Shown here: positions 1 to 13,024 of the stretch, in pieces
Numbering within the stretch: position 1 is the stretch's first letter
How the letters are laid out: each line of letters starts with the position of its first letter
Assembly (NCBI GenBank): GCA_964016885.1
Contig: OZ024746.1
Span: 92,938,001 to 93,002,000, forward strand
DNA length: 64,000 bases
DNA from: Eledone cirrhosa
Lineage: Eukaryota
Reading direction: 5' to 3'
Translations under genes and position numbers: made by a program
Notes under the pieces: model-generated
The model's database searches: none
What the model was told of the DNA's origin: nothing
The model's input: only the letters and a program-made list of their open reading frames with translations

Positions 1-313
1 CTAACAACTCTGCCAACTTGCTATACATGTAACAAATTGGCAGAGTTGTAAAGTGGTCATGCAGGAGTCACAACAAAAAAACACCCAGCACACACTGTAA
101 ATGTGGTATGCATTAGGAGGGTCATCCAGCCAGAAATGGTTCTGTATGAGCAAGGCATTGTCACCTGACCCAACTTCCCTCATCATCATTGTTTTTACAT
201 CTGCTTTTCCATGCTTGCCTCAAACGAGACAATGCCTCTAACCCATGTTAGCATGGAAAAATGGACGTAAAACGACGATGATGATATATATAATGTGTGT
301 GTAAATGTATATA

Positions 314-344
<31 letters not shown>

Positions 345-1764
345 GTTTGTGTGTATATATTTATGTATATATTATATGTTTGTATATATTTATGTATATA
401 TTATATATATATGTTTGTGTGTATATATTTATGTATATATTATATATACGTTTGTGTGTGTATATGCCAACTGTATATCATCATCTCTAACATTTTTCAT
501 CCTCTTTTCATGATGTTTGTTGGGTAGGCTGGAGAACGTTTTCTTGCTCATACATTCCATTTTTGGCATCATTTCTATGGTTGGCTGCATTTTGTAGCAC
601 CAACCTGAGAGAGGTTCTCATGTCCTTGAGAGGATCAAAGGGATCTTCTCTTCCTCTACCATCCTACATTGACTGCCTGTCTGTCTCTCTCTGCCTGTAT
701 GTCTGCCTATCTGTCTGTCTAACCCCCCCCCCCCCCCTCTCTCTCTCTCTATCTACCTATCTATATAAACCAAGAAAGGGATTAAGAGGATGCTTCAGTT
801 GTCAAAAGTAAAACTTCTCTAGTGTTGGTGATCTACATGATAAACACACCCTGTACACTCTAAAGTGGTCCGTGATAGGTAGTGCTTAGGAAACCGGCCA
901 AAGAACGGGTAAGGAAGTCTCTTTAGTTGTGTTAACGATGTGACACCCTCATAAGTGCTGATGGCATTAAAAATGCACCTGGTGTACTCTGTAAATGAGA
1001 TGTGCAGCCCATTGCACGTCTGAGAAGTCAGTAGTAGCTCCAATTAAGTACTGACTTAGTCTGTGATGATATGTCGAACTCATGTTGGTGATAATGATGT
1101 TGATGATATTTGCCCAGTAAGCAGGCTTTAAAAGGGGAAATAAAGCAATCATGAAATAAATGGAAGCAGGAAATTGTGAAAAGAGAAGAAACAGAAAATA
1201 ATCGAGAAATAAATGAAATGAGTTGATCAGTAATGAGTGAAATAATTGTAATTGTTAGGATTTGTCATGGGGGAAAATCAAGGAAAATTATAGTTCAGTG
1301 AAGATTTGTCATGGGAGGAAAATCAAGGAGGAATTAGTAATCATTCATTTCTACTCCTTCTCCTTCCACTTAATTTAAGAAATTAATTGACATTTTTGTA
1401 GTGAATGGGATGATAGAATCCTTAAAGTTTGCAGTATCTTCATTGAAGGATATATGATAGCTTCATTGGTGGCTGGCTGGGTGGATAGGGAAGAGGTGGA
1501 GAGTTTCTGTTAGGTTTTGAGATGTCTTACAAGTGTGTGTGTAACATATCAATATCACCAACCTCATTATCATCATCGTTAGCATTAGAATCAATCGTTT
1601 TTATTGTCATCACCACCATTATTACTGTCACCATTACCATTGCTGTCACTGCCACTAGTTGTCACCACCATAGTCATCACCCACCATTATCATTGCCATC
1701 ACCATTGTCACCACTATTATCATTACCACCACCATCATCACTATCACTACCATTATCATATTTT

Positions 1765-1948
1765 GAATTGGCAGTATCGGTAGAGGGTCGGACGCCATGC
1801 TTTGACGCATAGTTACGACCCTTGCCATTCTGAGTTCAAATCCCGCTGAGGTTAACTTTGCCTTTCATCCTTACGGGGTCGATAAAATTAAGTACCAGTA
1901 ATGTATTGGGATAATTGCTGGCCTTGTGCCAATAGTAGAAACAATTAT
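1765..1948 (+). mobile_element. SINE family B copy
   Basis: Near-identical to 3907-4095. Confidence 0.85.
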
Positions 1949-2210
1949 CATATTTTAAATGTCCATTTTCCATGCTGTCATAGATTAGACAAGTCTTTTC
2001 CAGTACAGCATAACTCCATTTATTTCTTTCCTTTGCCATTTCCTTTCTGAAGTTCAGTATCTTGAGGTCAGCTATCACCACCTCTGACCATGTTTTTCTC
2101 TGTTTTCCCCTTCCACATCTTGAGGTCAGCTTTCTCTACCTCTGCCCACATTTTTCTTAGCCTTCCTCTTCTACAACTTTCTTTTATTTCTTCTTAAATT
2201 TCTCGCTCTA

Positions 2211-2332
2211 TTTTATGATGAAGGACTAGTGTCTGAAACTTTAAGACTATTTTCCTACTATATTAAGCGTAAAACTAATAATATATTTTTTCATTGTGCT
2301 GTGTCACATTTGCTTTATTTCTGTTTACCTTT

Positions 2333-2335
<3 letters not shown>
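2211..2335 (+). mobile_element. Penelope-like pLTR-derived short repeat with degenerate hammerhead motif (copy 1)
   Basis: TTTTATGATGAAGGACTAGTGTCTGAAACTTTAAGA followed by the same ~90-bp tail (aagcgt..aactaata..ctgtg..atttctgtttac) as the other copies, ending in (TA)n. Confidence 0.55.
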
Positions 2336-2375
<40 letters not shown>

Positions 2376-2969
2376 AAGAGTTATATATAATATAGCAATT
2401 GCTACAGTGGTGCAATAGTAAAGTCCTGGAGAAAAGAAATCTGTGACCTGGTTTCAATTCCTAGTTAGAATTCCTTTACATTGTGAATGTCTTTTATAGA
2501 AGACAATAAAATCCCAATTTTCCATTTAGCTAAAAATCTTCAAATATTATGTGTGTGTCAGAACCTATTTTTATTATTATTTTCCTTTTTATTTTAATTG
2601 ACATTGAACCTAATCAATAGAAATTAGTTTTATTTATTTATTGATTTTGTATATTTGTGTATTTTGTTTGCACTTGTGTTCCCTGTGCCACTATCCTTTC
2701 TCCTCCTCTCTCTCTCTCTCTCTATGAATTTGTTACGTCTGCATCCCTTACATCTCACTGCCAACATCATTCTGGTATGTGTAATGTGTCATAATGTAAC
2801 ATCACATCATCATCATCACATCATCTTCTTCACGGCATCTCTCCTCGCTCCATCTCCACAATTTCTATGACTTGTGTCAGAACCATGCTTCCTTGCTTTC
2901 TTTCATTCTGCTTGTTATCTTACTCTATCATTTCACTACTGTTGTTCATGCTTGTTATCTACTACAATT

Positions 2970-3435
2970 CTATCATCTGCTGCTCCTGCACTATCATCAC
3001 AGGCTGGTATCTATTGCTATACTGTAACAACTATCTACTGCTGTACTATCAATCATCTATTGCTGTACTATCAATCACATCTACTGCTGTACTATCAATC
3101 ACATCTACTGCTGTACTATCAATCACATCTACTGCTGTACTATCAATCACATCTACTGCTGTACTATCAATCATCTATTGCTGTACTATAACAACTATCT
3201 ACTGCCATACTATGTCACATCTACTGCCATGTTATCAGTTATCTACTGCTATACTGTGTAGATGTGACTGATAGTATGATGGCAGTAGATGTGACTGATA
3301 GTATGGCAGGATGTGACTGATAGTATGGCAGTAGATGTGACTGATAGTATGGCAGTAGATGTGACTGATAGTATGGCAGTAGATGTGACTGATAGTATGG
3401 CAGTAGATGAGACTGTTAGTATAGCAGCAGTAGAT
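2970..3435. repeat. 24-bp minisatellite present in both orientations (foldback)
   Basis: (ATCTACTGCTGTACTATCAATCAC)n at ~3030-3255, then its reverse-complement variant (GTAGATGTGACTGATAGTATGGCA)n at ~3258-3435. Confidence 0.9.
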
Positions 3436-3469
3436 AACGATCTTTTATTAAATCCTCTATTATTTCCAA

Positions 3470-4095
3470 TTGTCAGACAAAATGCGTTGTGGCATTTAAT
3501 TACAGCCCTTTACATTCTGAGTTTAAATTCTACGTAGTTCAACTCTACTTTTCATCCTTCTGATCCTTTTGGGGTTGATAAAATAAAGTACCAACAAATC
3601 GACTGAGTCGGATTTCCCCTGCCCCCAAATTGCCGGCCTTGTGCCTAAATTAGAAACCATTATTATTATTATTATATATAAGGGCGGTGGATTGGCAGTA
3701 TCAGTAGGGTCGTACACCATGCTTTGCAGCATAGAGTTATGGTCCTTTAATGTCTGAGTTCAAATGCTGCCAAGGTTAACTTTTCCTTTCATCCTTACAG
3801 GGTTGATAAAATAAAGCACCAGTAATGTACTGGGGTTGATTTAATCGACTCCCCCTTCCCCCCAAGTTAATGGCATTGTGTCTATACTAGAAATCATTAT
3901 TATTAAGGGCGGATTGGCAGTATCGGTAGAGGGTCGGACGCCATGCTTTGATGCATAGTTACGGCCCTTGCCATTCTGAGTTCAAATCCCGCCGAGGTTG
4001 AATTTGCCTTTCATCCTTACGGGGGTTGATAAAATAAAGTACCAGTAATACACTGGGTAATTGCTGGCTTTGTGCCAAAAAGTAGAAACAATTAT
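3470..4095 (+). mobile_element. Three tandem copies of tRNA-like SINE family B (~190-220 bp)
   Basis: ggattggcagtatcggtag..ctgagttcaaatcccgccgagg..gcctttcatcc..gataaaataaagtaccag..ggccttgtgcc..tagaaac(aat)n. Other copies at ~1765, 5257, 5890, 12060, 35043, 39765, 41000, 41380, 43080, 49010, 51469, 52905, 53335, 56930. Confidence 0.85.
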
Positions 4096-6387
4096 TATTA
4101 TTATATAGTTCTTTTCTTCTGGTGAGGAGTAGGGAGGGGGGGGTCTCTAGAAAACGATGCAATGTGTAGTGTGTGTATGTGGTTCATATGTATGTGTGTG
4201 TGTGTGGTGGTGTTAAACAAAATACTTCTCATAACTTAATTTCAGTTTTTTACTTTCTCTTTTTTTGTTTGTTTGCAAGGTGGTGGTGTGTTGTTTTGTT
4301 GGTGTTGGTGTTGTTAGTATTGTTCCATAGTACTGAGGTTGGTGTTGGTGTTGTTGTTAGTATTGGCAGTGGTACTAATGTTGGTGGTGGTATTGTTGGA
4401 GTTAATGGTGGTTAGGGTATTAGTGGGGGTAGTGGTGGTGTTGCTGGGTGTGTGTATTCAAAATGATTGATATTCTGGGAAACACTCCCTCTTACCTTTC
4501 ATTTCATTATTTTTTTAGTAATGCAGTTTTATATATTTTTATGTAATGTGTAGGTGTGTATGAAAACATATACACGCACTATCACTCCCTCTCCGCTTTT
4601 CCCCCTATATACATAATGTGTGTATGTATGTATATATCAACACACTTGTATGTTAGAATGATGAATATCAACAGTGATGAAAGAAGTACAATGGAGAATT
4701 ATTACATTGAGGAATTTGTGAAAAATGTGGCCCAAATGAGGAATTCTTTATAGTTTATGGACCAACAAAGAATGTTCCACATCCATCATTAACTTAGATA
4801 TCAATTATTTTGGCTGTAGCAGTGGTTGCAAGTTACTTTGTTCTTTCCTACCTACTTCTATATTTCTAATATTGGTGGTGCAGTGTTTATCTGGTTTTGC
4901 TGTCTGTGAGAATAGCTTTAGAAGTTATGATGTTTATAATATGGAAACTAGATAGATGGGATGGGGCAAGAAGATAGGGGGGAAAAAAAACATATACACA
5001 CACACACTTTTGATACCAAACTGGTTGAAACCTGCCATATTTCTATGATAAAACTGACTACTTTAAAGTTTATATTTATCTAGAAACCATCCTTCATAAT
5101 TTTATGTAAAAACTTCTAAGTTGTGTTCTAAACATCTGCTTAATGAGAAAATTATTTTGACTAAATTCTTCCAAATTCTTGGTTATTTAAAAACCATAGG
5201 CAGTGTCTTTCATTTGAAATTTAAGGGTTAAGTGTATATATTTATCTAAAAACACCTGGATTGGCAGTATCGGCAGAGAGTCGGTCGCCATGCTTTCCAG
5301 CATAGTTACGTGTCTTTACGGTCTGAGTTCAAATCCCGCCGAGGTTTACTTTGCCTTTCATCCTTACTGGGTCGATAAAATAAAGTACCAGTAATGCACT
5401 GGGTAATTGCTGGCCTTGTGCCAAAAGTAGAAACAATTTATTTTATGTGAGAATCATTATGTTCCAAACACCAACTTAATAATGAGAAAGTTTATATTTA
5501 ATCCTTTCAAATTCTTGGTTATTTTCAAAATTGGAAATCATAAGCAATGTCTTAAATTGATAGCAAAAGTGTTATAAATATGACTCCACAGACCATATTC
5601 TAATTTTCTCAAGATAAGTTCATTAGTAAATTACATATTATTAATAATTTCATAATTCTACTTAAAATTTTTCTTCAGTTGAGATTTGAAAAAAAAAAAT
5701 GTTAAGACCACGGATTATTTTATTAATCAGTGTTAGTATTAACACAATGTGATTGAGAATAAAGATGTATGTGGATCCATATACAATATGTTTATGTATA
5801 ATAAACATACACTTAGTTTCACTGTATTGTTGTATAGGGTTCATGTCAACCTTTATTCTGAATTATGTTGTGTTAGTGCCAGGGCTGATTAATGGTTTCT
5901 ACATTTGGCACAAGGTCAGCAATTTGAAGAGAGGGGAAAGTTGATTAAATCGACCAGGTGCTTTACTGGTACTTTACTATATTGGCCCTGCAAGGATGAA
6001 AGGCAAAGCTAACCTCCATGGGATTTGAACTCAGAACACAAAGGGTCATAACTCTATGCCACAAAGCATATTGTCCGACGCTCTACCCATTCTGCCACTA
6101 ACAGATCAAGATAGATTTTATGGGCAAACCCAGAGGGCAACCATGAACAAGATGGTTAGATAACATAAGCTCAGTTGGTCTCACTTGGGGATCCAGCTGG
6201 ATCATTTGAAGATGGATACTTCTGATATGACCCTCAGGAAGATGTCACGCTTTCACTAAATGAAAATATGCTTTCAGCAAGAAGAGTTTGTTTATAAAAT
6301 CTGCAAGATGTCCTTTTTACCTCAATATCTGGGTGTAGGTAAGTGTTGACTAAAGGTAACAACTGTGAAGTGCATTCAATACCACTC

Positions 6388-6742
6388 TTAATCTCTGGTT
6401 TCAAATAATCATCTCCCCACTGCTTATTAATTTTTCGGATTTTTTCACCCCTTCCCCCATTTATTAAAATTTGCTATTCTATCTCCGGAGAAATTTTATT
6501 TCAAGTGATAGCGTTCCTGTAGCAATTAATTTTCTTTGACATTAAAAAATATTATACATGACAAAAAAAGAACATTACTAGAAATCTCATACGTTTTAAA
6601 ATTAATAGGATGACTTGGGGGGGGGGGGGGGGGGTCACAATATGTAAACTAAACGATTAATTCTGGCTTTCAAAAATATCAACCTAGAAAAATTACAGAT
6701 TCTCCCCCCCCCCCCCTCCTCGTTATTTGGGACCCAAGAGTA
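6388..6742. mobile_element. MITE, second copy at ~41947-42445
   Basis: Imperfect TIRs (ctc..gg.t.caaataa / ttatttgggacccaagag); interior collinear with 41950-42445. Confidence 0.6.
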
Positions 6743-7035
6743 TCCAGATGCTTCAGTAGCTATGGCATAATCACAGCTTAAAATACTCAGTGAGACTATG
6801 TATATATGTTTATCATATGTAAATATACTCTTCATATACACCATTATAGGATTATTTTATTTCTCTTTTACTATTTCTCTGGTTTCAGTCAATGGACTGT
6901 GGCCATGCTGTGGCAACATTGAAGGGATTTCATAAGTTATATCGAACTAAGTACTTATTTTCTCAAGACTGTTGCATATTTTATCAATTTCTTTTTGTCA
7001 GACTGCTATTAAGCCATAAAAGAATTATATATATA

Positions 7036-7644
7036 CTAGCAGAATGGCCCGGCGTTGCTCGGGATTTTCTCTAGGGTTCTTATATATTTGATATATATTT
7101 ATGCTTATCGAGCCTTGTGATATAAATATGTTTGTTTATATTTTGTTATTGTGTATGCAAAAATATCTGTACACGAATATATAATTATATATTATATATA
7201 TATATATATATTAAAATAACAGATTAAAGTTTAAGCAAAGAATCGCTGCTTTCACCCTTAACAGGATCTTCTGAAACTAAAAAAATCAATCTGTGAACGC
7301 AGAAGTAAATATTTCGAAATACGTTACACACTATATATATATATATATACACACACGCGCACACACACACACACACACACAGCATCATAATGTCGTAATG
7401 CAGACAGACAGCCAGACATACAGACAGATATTATAAGGGCGCAACGTTATATCTATGTATCTATCTAAAAAGAAAGACTAAGACTTATAGAGAGACATCG
7501 CTAAATCGCCTAATGCGGTCCCTAGGGCATTGAAAATTTGAAATATGTTTTGCTCAAAACACTCACAGGACCATACGTATTACTGTTGGGTGGTTCTCGA
7601 GTTTTAGGGAGTCAGGCAGACATTCTCTGTTTTAGATATATAGA
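7036..7644 (-). mobile_element. Non-autonomous Helitron, downstream unit of a dimer
   Basis: Minus strand starts TCTATATATCTAAAACAGAGAATG and ends with hairpin CCCGAGCAACGCCGGG, 8 nt, then CTAG followed by T. Confidence 0.75.
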
Positions 7645-7861
7645 CTAGCAGAATGGCCCGGTGTTGCTCGGGATTTGCTCTAAGGTTCTTATATATTTGA
7701 TATATATTTATCCTTATTGAGCCTCGTGCTGGAACAACCACTCCACCTCGTGGGGCTCGCACCTGCGGGCAGCCAACTTGGCTCAGATTGCAGTGTGTAG
7801 GGATGTGGTCCAGGGACCAAACAGATAGACAGGCAGACATTCTCTGTTTTAGATATACAGA
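7645..7861 (-). mobile_element. Non-autonomous Helitron, upstream unit of a dimer
   Basis: Same termini (A|TCTGTATATCTAAAACAGAGAATG ... CCCGAGCAACACCGGG..CTAG), different interior. Confidence 0.75.
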
Positions 7862-8384
7862 TAAAGAAATATTATATATATTCAGAGAAATGTCTATTTT
7901 GGCAATCCTTTCTCTTTCTCTCTTACTCTCTTTCATTTTATCTCACTCTCTCAGCCTCTCTCTCTCTCTATATATATATACATATATATGGCTCTCTCTC
8001 TGATTTTCTCTTTCTATATGCTTTTTGCTCTTTCTCTCTTTTCTTTCTTTTTCTCTTCTTTTCTCTTCTTTTCTCTTTCTTTTTCTCTCTTCCCCTCTCT
8101 TTCTTTTTCTCCCCCCCCCCCCCTCTAATCGCTCTCCCCCTTCACTCTCTGACCCTCCTCCTTATTGTATGAAAGCTAGATTAAATAGTGCCATGTGTTA
8201 GAGGTGTGATGTTTTATGGTTATGAATCATAAAGAGGGAATTCAAAGGATTTATTTCAATTAGTGTAGAGTGTTCTTCTCACCAGAGAAGTCTGTGGAAA
8301 TCACATGGAACTTTTTTCTGGATGAAATTCGTACTTTTCTATAATTCTTCTGAAAAAGTCCACAGTCCATTCTGTAATGTATGT

Positions 8385-8820
8385 GGTAGTGCTGGTGTCA
8401 CAGTAAAATGCACCCAATACACTCTTATGTGGAAGTGCTGGTGTCATGATAGGATGCATTCATTACATTCTTTAAAGTGGTAGTGATGGTGCCATTATGA
8501 AATGCACCCAGTACACTCTATAAAGTGGTTGTGATGGTACCATGATAAAATGCACCCAGTATACTCTGTAAAGTGGTAGTGATGGTGCCATAATAAAATG
8601 CACCCAGTACACTCTGTAAAGTGGTAGTGATGGTGCCATAATAAAATGCACCCAGTACACTCTGTAATATGGTTGTGCTGGTACCATGATAAAATGCACC
8701 CCGTATACTCTGTAAAGTAGTAGTGATGGTGCCATAATAAAATTCACTCAATACACACTGTAAAGTGGTAGGAAAGGTGCTCAATAAAATATAACCAGTA
8801 AACTCTGTAAAGTGGTTGGC
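8385..8820 (+). repeat. 48-bp tandem array (~9 units) of the RTE/SINE 3'-UTR module
   Basis: Unit TAAAATGCACCCAGTACACTCTGTAAAGTGGTAGTGATGGTGCCATAA, period 48, continuing into the ggaagggcatccagc tail. Similar arrays at ~14630-14910, 38740-38875, 47860-47975, 63590-63800. Confidence 0.85.
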
Positions 8821-9399
8821 ATGAGGAAGGGCATCCAGCCTTAGAAACCATGTCAAAATATATAATGGTCTTCTGATTTGTCTAGTCTCAGAAAGTGACA
8901 ACTTGTCCAGCCCTTGTCATCATGTAAAATTTGATGTAATGTAAATGCTAAAGGGTTTAAGAAATTGCAGTGCATCTAATCAAATGTTGTTGTTGTTGTT
9001 ACAGCTCACACATTGACAGGATGGCATATTAGGTCATTGAATAAGACACTTCATTTCATGTTGCTCCAGTACACTCAGCTGGAAAAAATTGTACCGGTAG
9101 CAACTGAAGGTTAAACCCTGAATGGGCATTTACATTATTCTATATTTACTATTGTATGTTTGTGGTAAAGGCTTTATCTAACATTATATTGAATCTGAGA
9201 TTTTGATGTTATTTGTTTTGAGAACAATACATTATCATTGGTATGAGCAGCTGGTTACTGCTGGTTTGAACAGAAAGAGATGGGAGAATTCTGGCAGGAT
9301 ACGGCCAGTTTAAATGCTAAAGTGTTAAGTAGATGGATGCGTTCATACAAGAACAACAAGGCAGAGCTTAACCTTGCAGGTCCCATGACGAGCTTCATT

Positions 9400-9720
9400 T
9401 TCCCTATTGTCTGTATCCCCCTCATCAACTCCTTGGCTTTCATTTTCTCCATTTTTAGCCATAACCTTTTTGGTCTTCTCATTCCTATACTTCCTTCCAC
9501 ATTCATTTCCATCACTTGTCTCATCATGCCACTTTCGTCCTTCAACACATGATATTGTCACCTTTTTCCATTTTTTTCTCTTCACAATATTCATTATTGG
9601 GTCTATTCCTATCACCTGCAATTCATTATTTGTCTTCTCTCTGAACAATATTCAACTCATCCATCAAACCATCTCAGTTCCATTCTCCAGTCTTCTCTGT
9701 TGCTTCACATTCATCATCCA
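9400..9720 (-). mobile_element. Old RTE LINE 3' fragment
   Basis: Minus-strand MMRQVMEMNVEGSIGMRRPKRLW resembles the RTE C-terminal 'VEGxRxxGRPKxxW' motif. Confidence 0.55.
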
Positions 9721-10020
9721 TGTTCTGCTCCCAAAAATCATAAAAATAGTGATATTGAAAACCTGCCTCAGGAAACTTTCAGTTGTGCTGTTTAGTATCA
9801 CTTGGTTGTTAAAAAGTTCATAGGCTGATTATAAAGAAATGATGCTAGTGCTTTGACATCTTGCATGCATTAATTTCAACTCTTCTTATGGGAAAATCAC
9901 TCAACCGTTAACTCTACAAAATACTTCAGCAATGCTGGCTTAGACACTGCCTCCATCTCCCTTGCCCTTCTCATCTCTCACTATTAAAAGCAAATGGGGC
10001 TGATGCGCTGGTCACCCTGC

Positions 10021-10146
10021 GGCCTCGGTGGACAGAATTGAAAAGGCGTTTCTCCAGAGGATGGTGAGGAAGATGCGTTGGAAGAACCATTCCAACTCTG
10101 TGCCAATGGTGGGGAGTAGGGAGGTGGTCCTCGGGCCAAGGACACC
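10021..10146 (-). mobile_element. Second CRE-like REL LINE 3' fragment (may extend to ~10560)
   Basis: Minus strand GVLGPRTTSLLPTIGTELEWFFQRIFLTILWRNAFSILS, alignable at DNA level with 40150-40295. GAGDFLN near 10450-10470 may be upstream CRE sequence (weak). Confidence 0.65.
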
Positions 10147-11002
10147 TTGTACAGTTGAAGTAAATATGTTTTCTTGTTATTTCTTTGAAGCAAGCAAGAT
10201 GGTCATGTAACATATGGCAGCTTTCTATCTCTCTGCACAGCCCTTTGTATTTTTATTGATGCAATGGATTAGGTAGCAGATAGCAGGCAAACCCAATGCT
10301 ACTCCATTGGCTGGCTTCCTTTTCCACACTGGCAAGTGGCTGAACCAGTTCTGTAGCTCCAGCTAACCAGAGCAGCTTTTGATTGCCTTCTATTTATTCT
10401 GAAGTGGTTGAGTGTCTTCCATGGAGCTAAGAGCGACATAAATTGAATTCAAAAAGTCTCCTGCCCCATATCCAGCCTCTAACCAAATATCGAAAGGAGA
10501 CCAGACTTTAGCTTTGGATAGAGAGATTTGAAAACACCTTCCTTCCTCCAACTGACATGGAAATCCTGCCTTCTGAAGTAAACATGTCAATGGGGAAGGG
10601 AGAGATATCGTGGGGGGGGGGGATATTTTTATTTCTGTAGTGAAATTTATCCAGAGGGTGATGGCCATAAGATAAATCTCATATTGTATTTATTCAGAAG
10701 GTGATGGATAGAGATGGAGAAATAAATGAGATATTGTATTGGGAGAATATATTTGTTATTTCACTGTGAAATTTATCTCAAGAGGTGATGGTAAAGAGAT
10801 AAATGAGATATAGCATGTGATTCAGTAGGTGAATAGGGTCATATAAACCTACTAAAATGTCCGAGCTAAACTGGACAGAGATGGATAACAAGATAAACCT
10901 TACAACTTGTCAAAAGTTATTTATTTTACTGAAGCAACAACAAACACCACCTGACATGATGGCTGTTGTAAGAAAATATAACTATATATATATATATATG
11001 TA

Positions 11003-11200
11003 TGTAAAAGGTAAACAGAAATAACAAAACAAAAGGCACAGTACATGGAAGAAATATATTAGTTTAACTCTTGAAATATCAGGAAGAGAGTCTTAACATT
11101 CGGACACTAGTCATTCATCAGAAGATAGAGATAGAAGATAAATAGAAAGTAAAGAGTGAAAAGATGAAGAAAATAAGGGGGAGAAAAGAACACACGTGTA
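11003..11200 (-). mobile_element. Penelope-like pLTR-derived short repeat with hammerhead motif at 11091-11125 (copy 2)
   Basis: Reverse complement TCTTCTGATGAATGACTAGTGTCCGAATGTTAAGA plus the shared tail; abuts (TA)n. Confidence 0.55.
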
Positions 11201-11342
11201 TTCAGTTGGCCATAACTGTATATATAATATTATACACTATATATAACCAGATAACAGTGTAACTGATAATATATAACTATATATAACCATACAACAGTGT
11301 ATATATACACATATATATATGTATATATATATATATATATAT

Positions 11343-11468
11343 ATAGGAAAAGATTCAGGACCCCGATGGCTGAGCTTTGGCCGTTTTGACAGCTAGATCC
11401 GAACTGTTCGGATCTAGCTGTCGAAATGGCCGGAGCTCAGCCGTTCAGGGTCCTGACTCTTTTCCTAT
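11343..11468. repeat. 126-bp near-perfect palindrome (hairpin MITE-like)
   Basis: Arms of ~62 bp around GAAC-T-GTTC at 11401-11409; diverged relative at ~28590-28700. Confidence 0.9.
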
Positions 11469-11546
11469 TACCCCCCTCTACTACCCAAAGTATCGAGTAC
11501 TCTGGTGCATCATGGTCCACCTGGTTTCTTACCACACTTTCTTTGC

Positions 11547-11577
<31 letters not shown>

Positions 11578-12059
11578 AAAGCTTACAATTGTGAAGTTGT
11601 GAGTTTGATTCCTGGACCAGGCAGTGTATTGTGTCCTTGAACAAAACATTAATTTTTCATGTTACCCCAGTTCACTCAACTGTAGAAATGGTTTGCAACA
11701 TCACTGGTGCCAAGCTGTGGTGTGGAGAGAGGAGACAGGTATGCATGGGCAACTGCTGGTCTTCCCCAAACAACCTTACCTGGACTTGTCTCAGAGGGCA
11801 ACTTTCTAGGTACAAATCTCATGGTCACTCTTGGACCATGGGCCAAAGGGTGTTTTTACCCTTATATGACTGTATATATATAACCAGACCACTCATGATC
11901 AGAACCATTGGCAGTCCAACTATAATCAAATCTGTACCTACAAATATTTTTATTTTTTATATAGAGGAGTTATTGAATAATTGTTATTTTAACCAAAGTG
12001 AATGTCACAGGCCACATTGAACTTGACACAGATCTCAAGAAAATCAATATCCACTAAAT

Positions 12060-12238
12060 AATTGTTTCTACTTTCGGCACAAGGCCAGCAATTACCCAGT
12101 ACATTACTGGTACTTTATTTTATCGACCCCGTAAGGATGAAAGGCAAAGTTGACCTCGGCGGGATTTGAACTCAAAATGGAAAGGGGCGTAACTCTATGC
12201 TGCATCAAAGCATGACGTCCGACCCTCTACCGATACTG
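12060..12238 (-). mobile_element. SINE family B copy
   Basis: Reverse complement of the family B sequence. Confidence 0.85.
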
Positions 12239-12969
12239 AATAAAAGTCAGTGTAATTGTCCATCATACACTAGAGTTGATTGAAGAAGGAAGGGGTGATT
12301 ACATTGACTGAGGAAGGAAGGGGTGATTACATTGACTGAGGAAGGAAGAGGTGTCTAAGCAGCATCTAACATTTGCTACACCTGTGTGTATATATGTATA
12401 ACGAATAGGCTACATACATTGGCTGTTATGATTATATGAGTGTTTGTAAGTGTATATGTGCGTTTGTGTAAATTATATTTATATATAATATTTGTGTGTG
12501 TTTATTTAGAAAGATACATAGACAATAGAATTACAAACACACATGAATATACACATACATATATATAAAAACACATTTAGAAAAAATTATTACATACACA
12601 TACAACTACATGACTGAGGAAGGAGGGGGTGGTGAGAAACTATAGAAGTCCAGTGTTCTAAGATTCGTCACAGCTGTGTATTTGTATCATTTGTGTGAGT
12701 GTGTATGAAGGAACCAACCAACAAACAGACATCTCTTTTTTTTTTTACATTATGTATAGATATTACAACTAGCCATCACTTTTGGTGGCACGGGGCCAGC
12801 TAGTAATGATAATAGTTGTACTGAAAGTTTTGTCTGTCTGTCACACAAACCCATTCTAGAATGTTCATTTAAAATTCATGGAGCCACAAATCTAAGACAC
12901 AAAAGCAGGACAAATCTAAATGTTCCAAAGAATATTCTTTCAATTATGTTTATCTGTCTCCCCTTTTCT

Positions 12970-13024
<55 letters not shown>

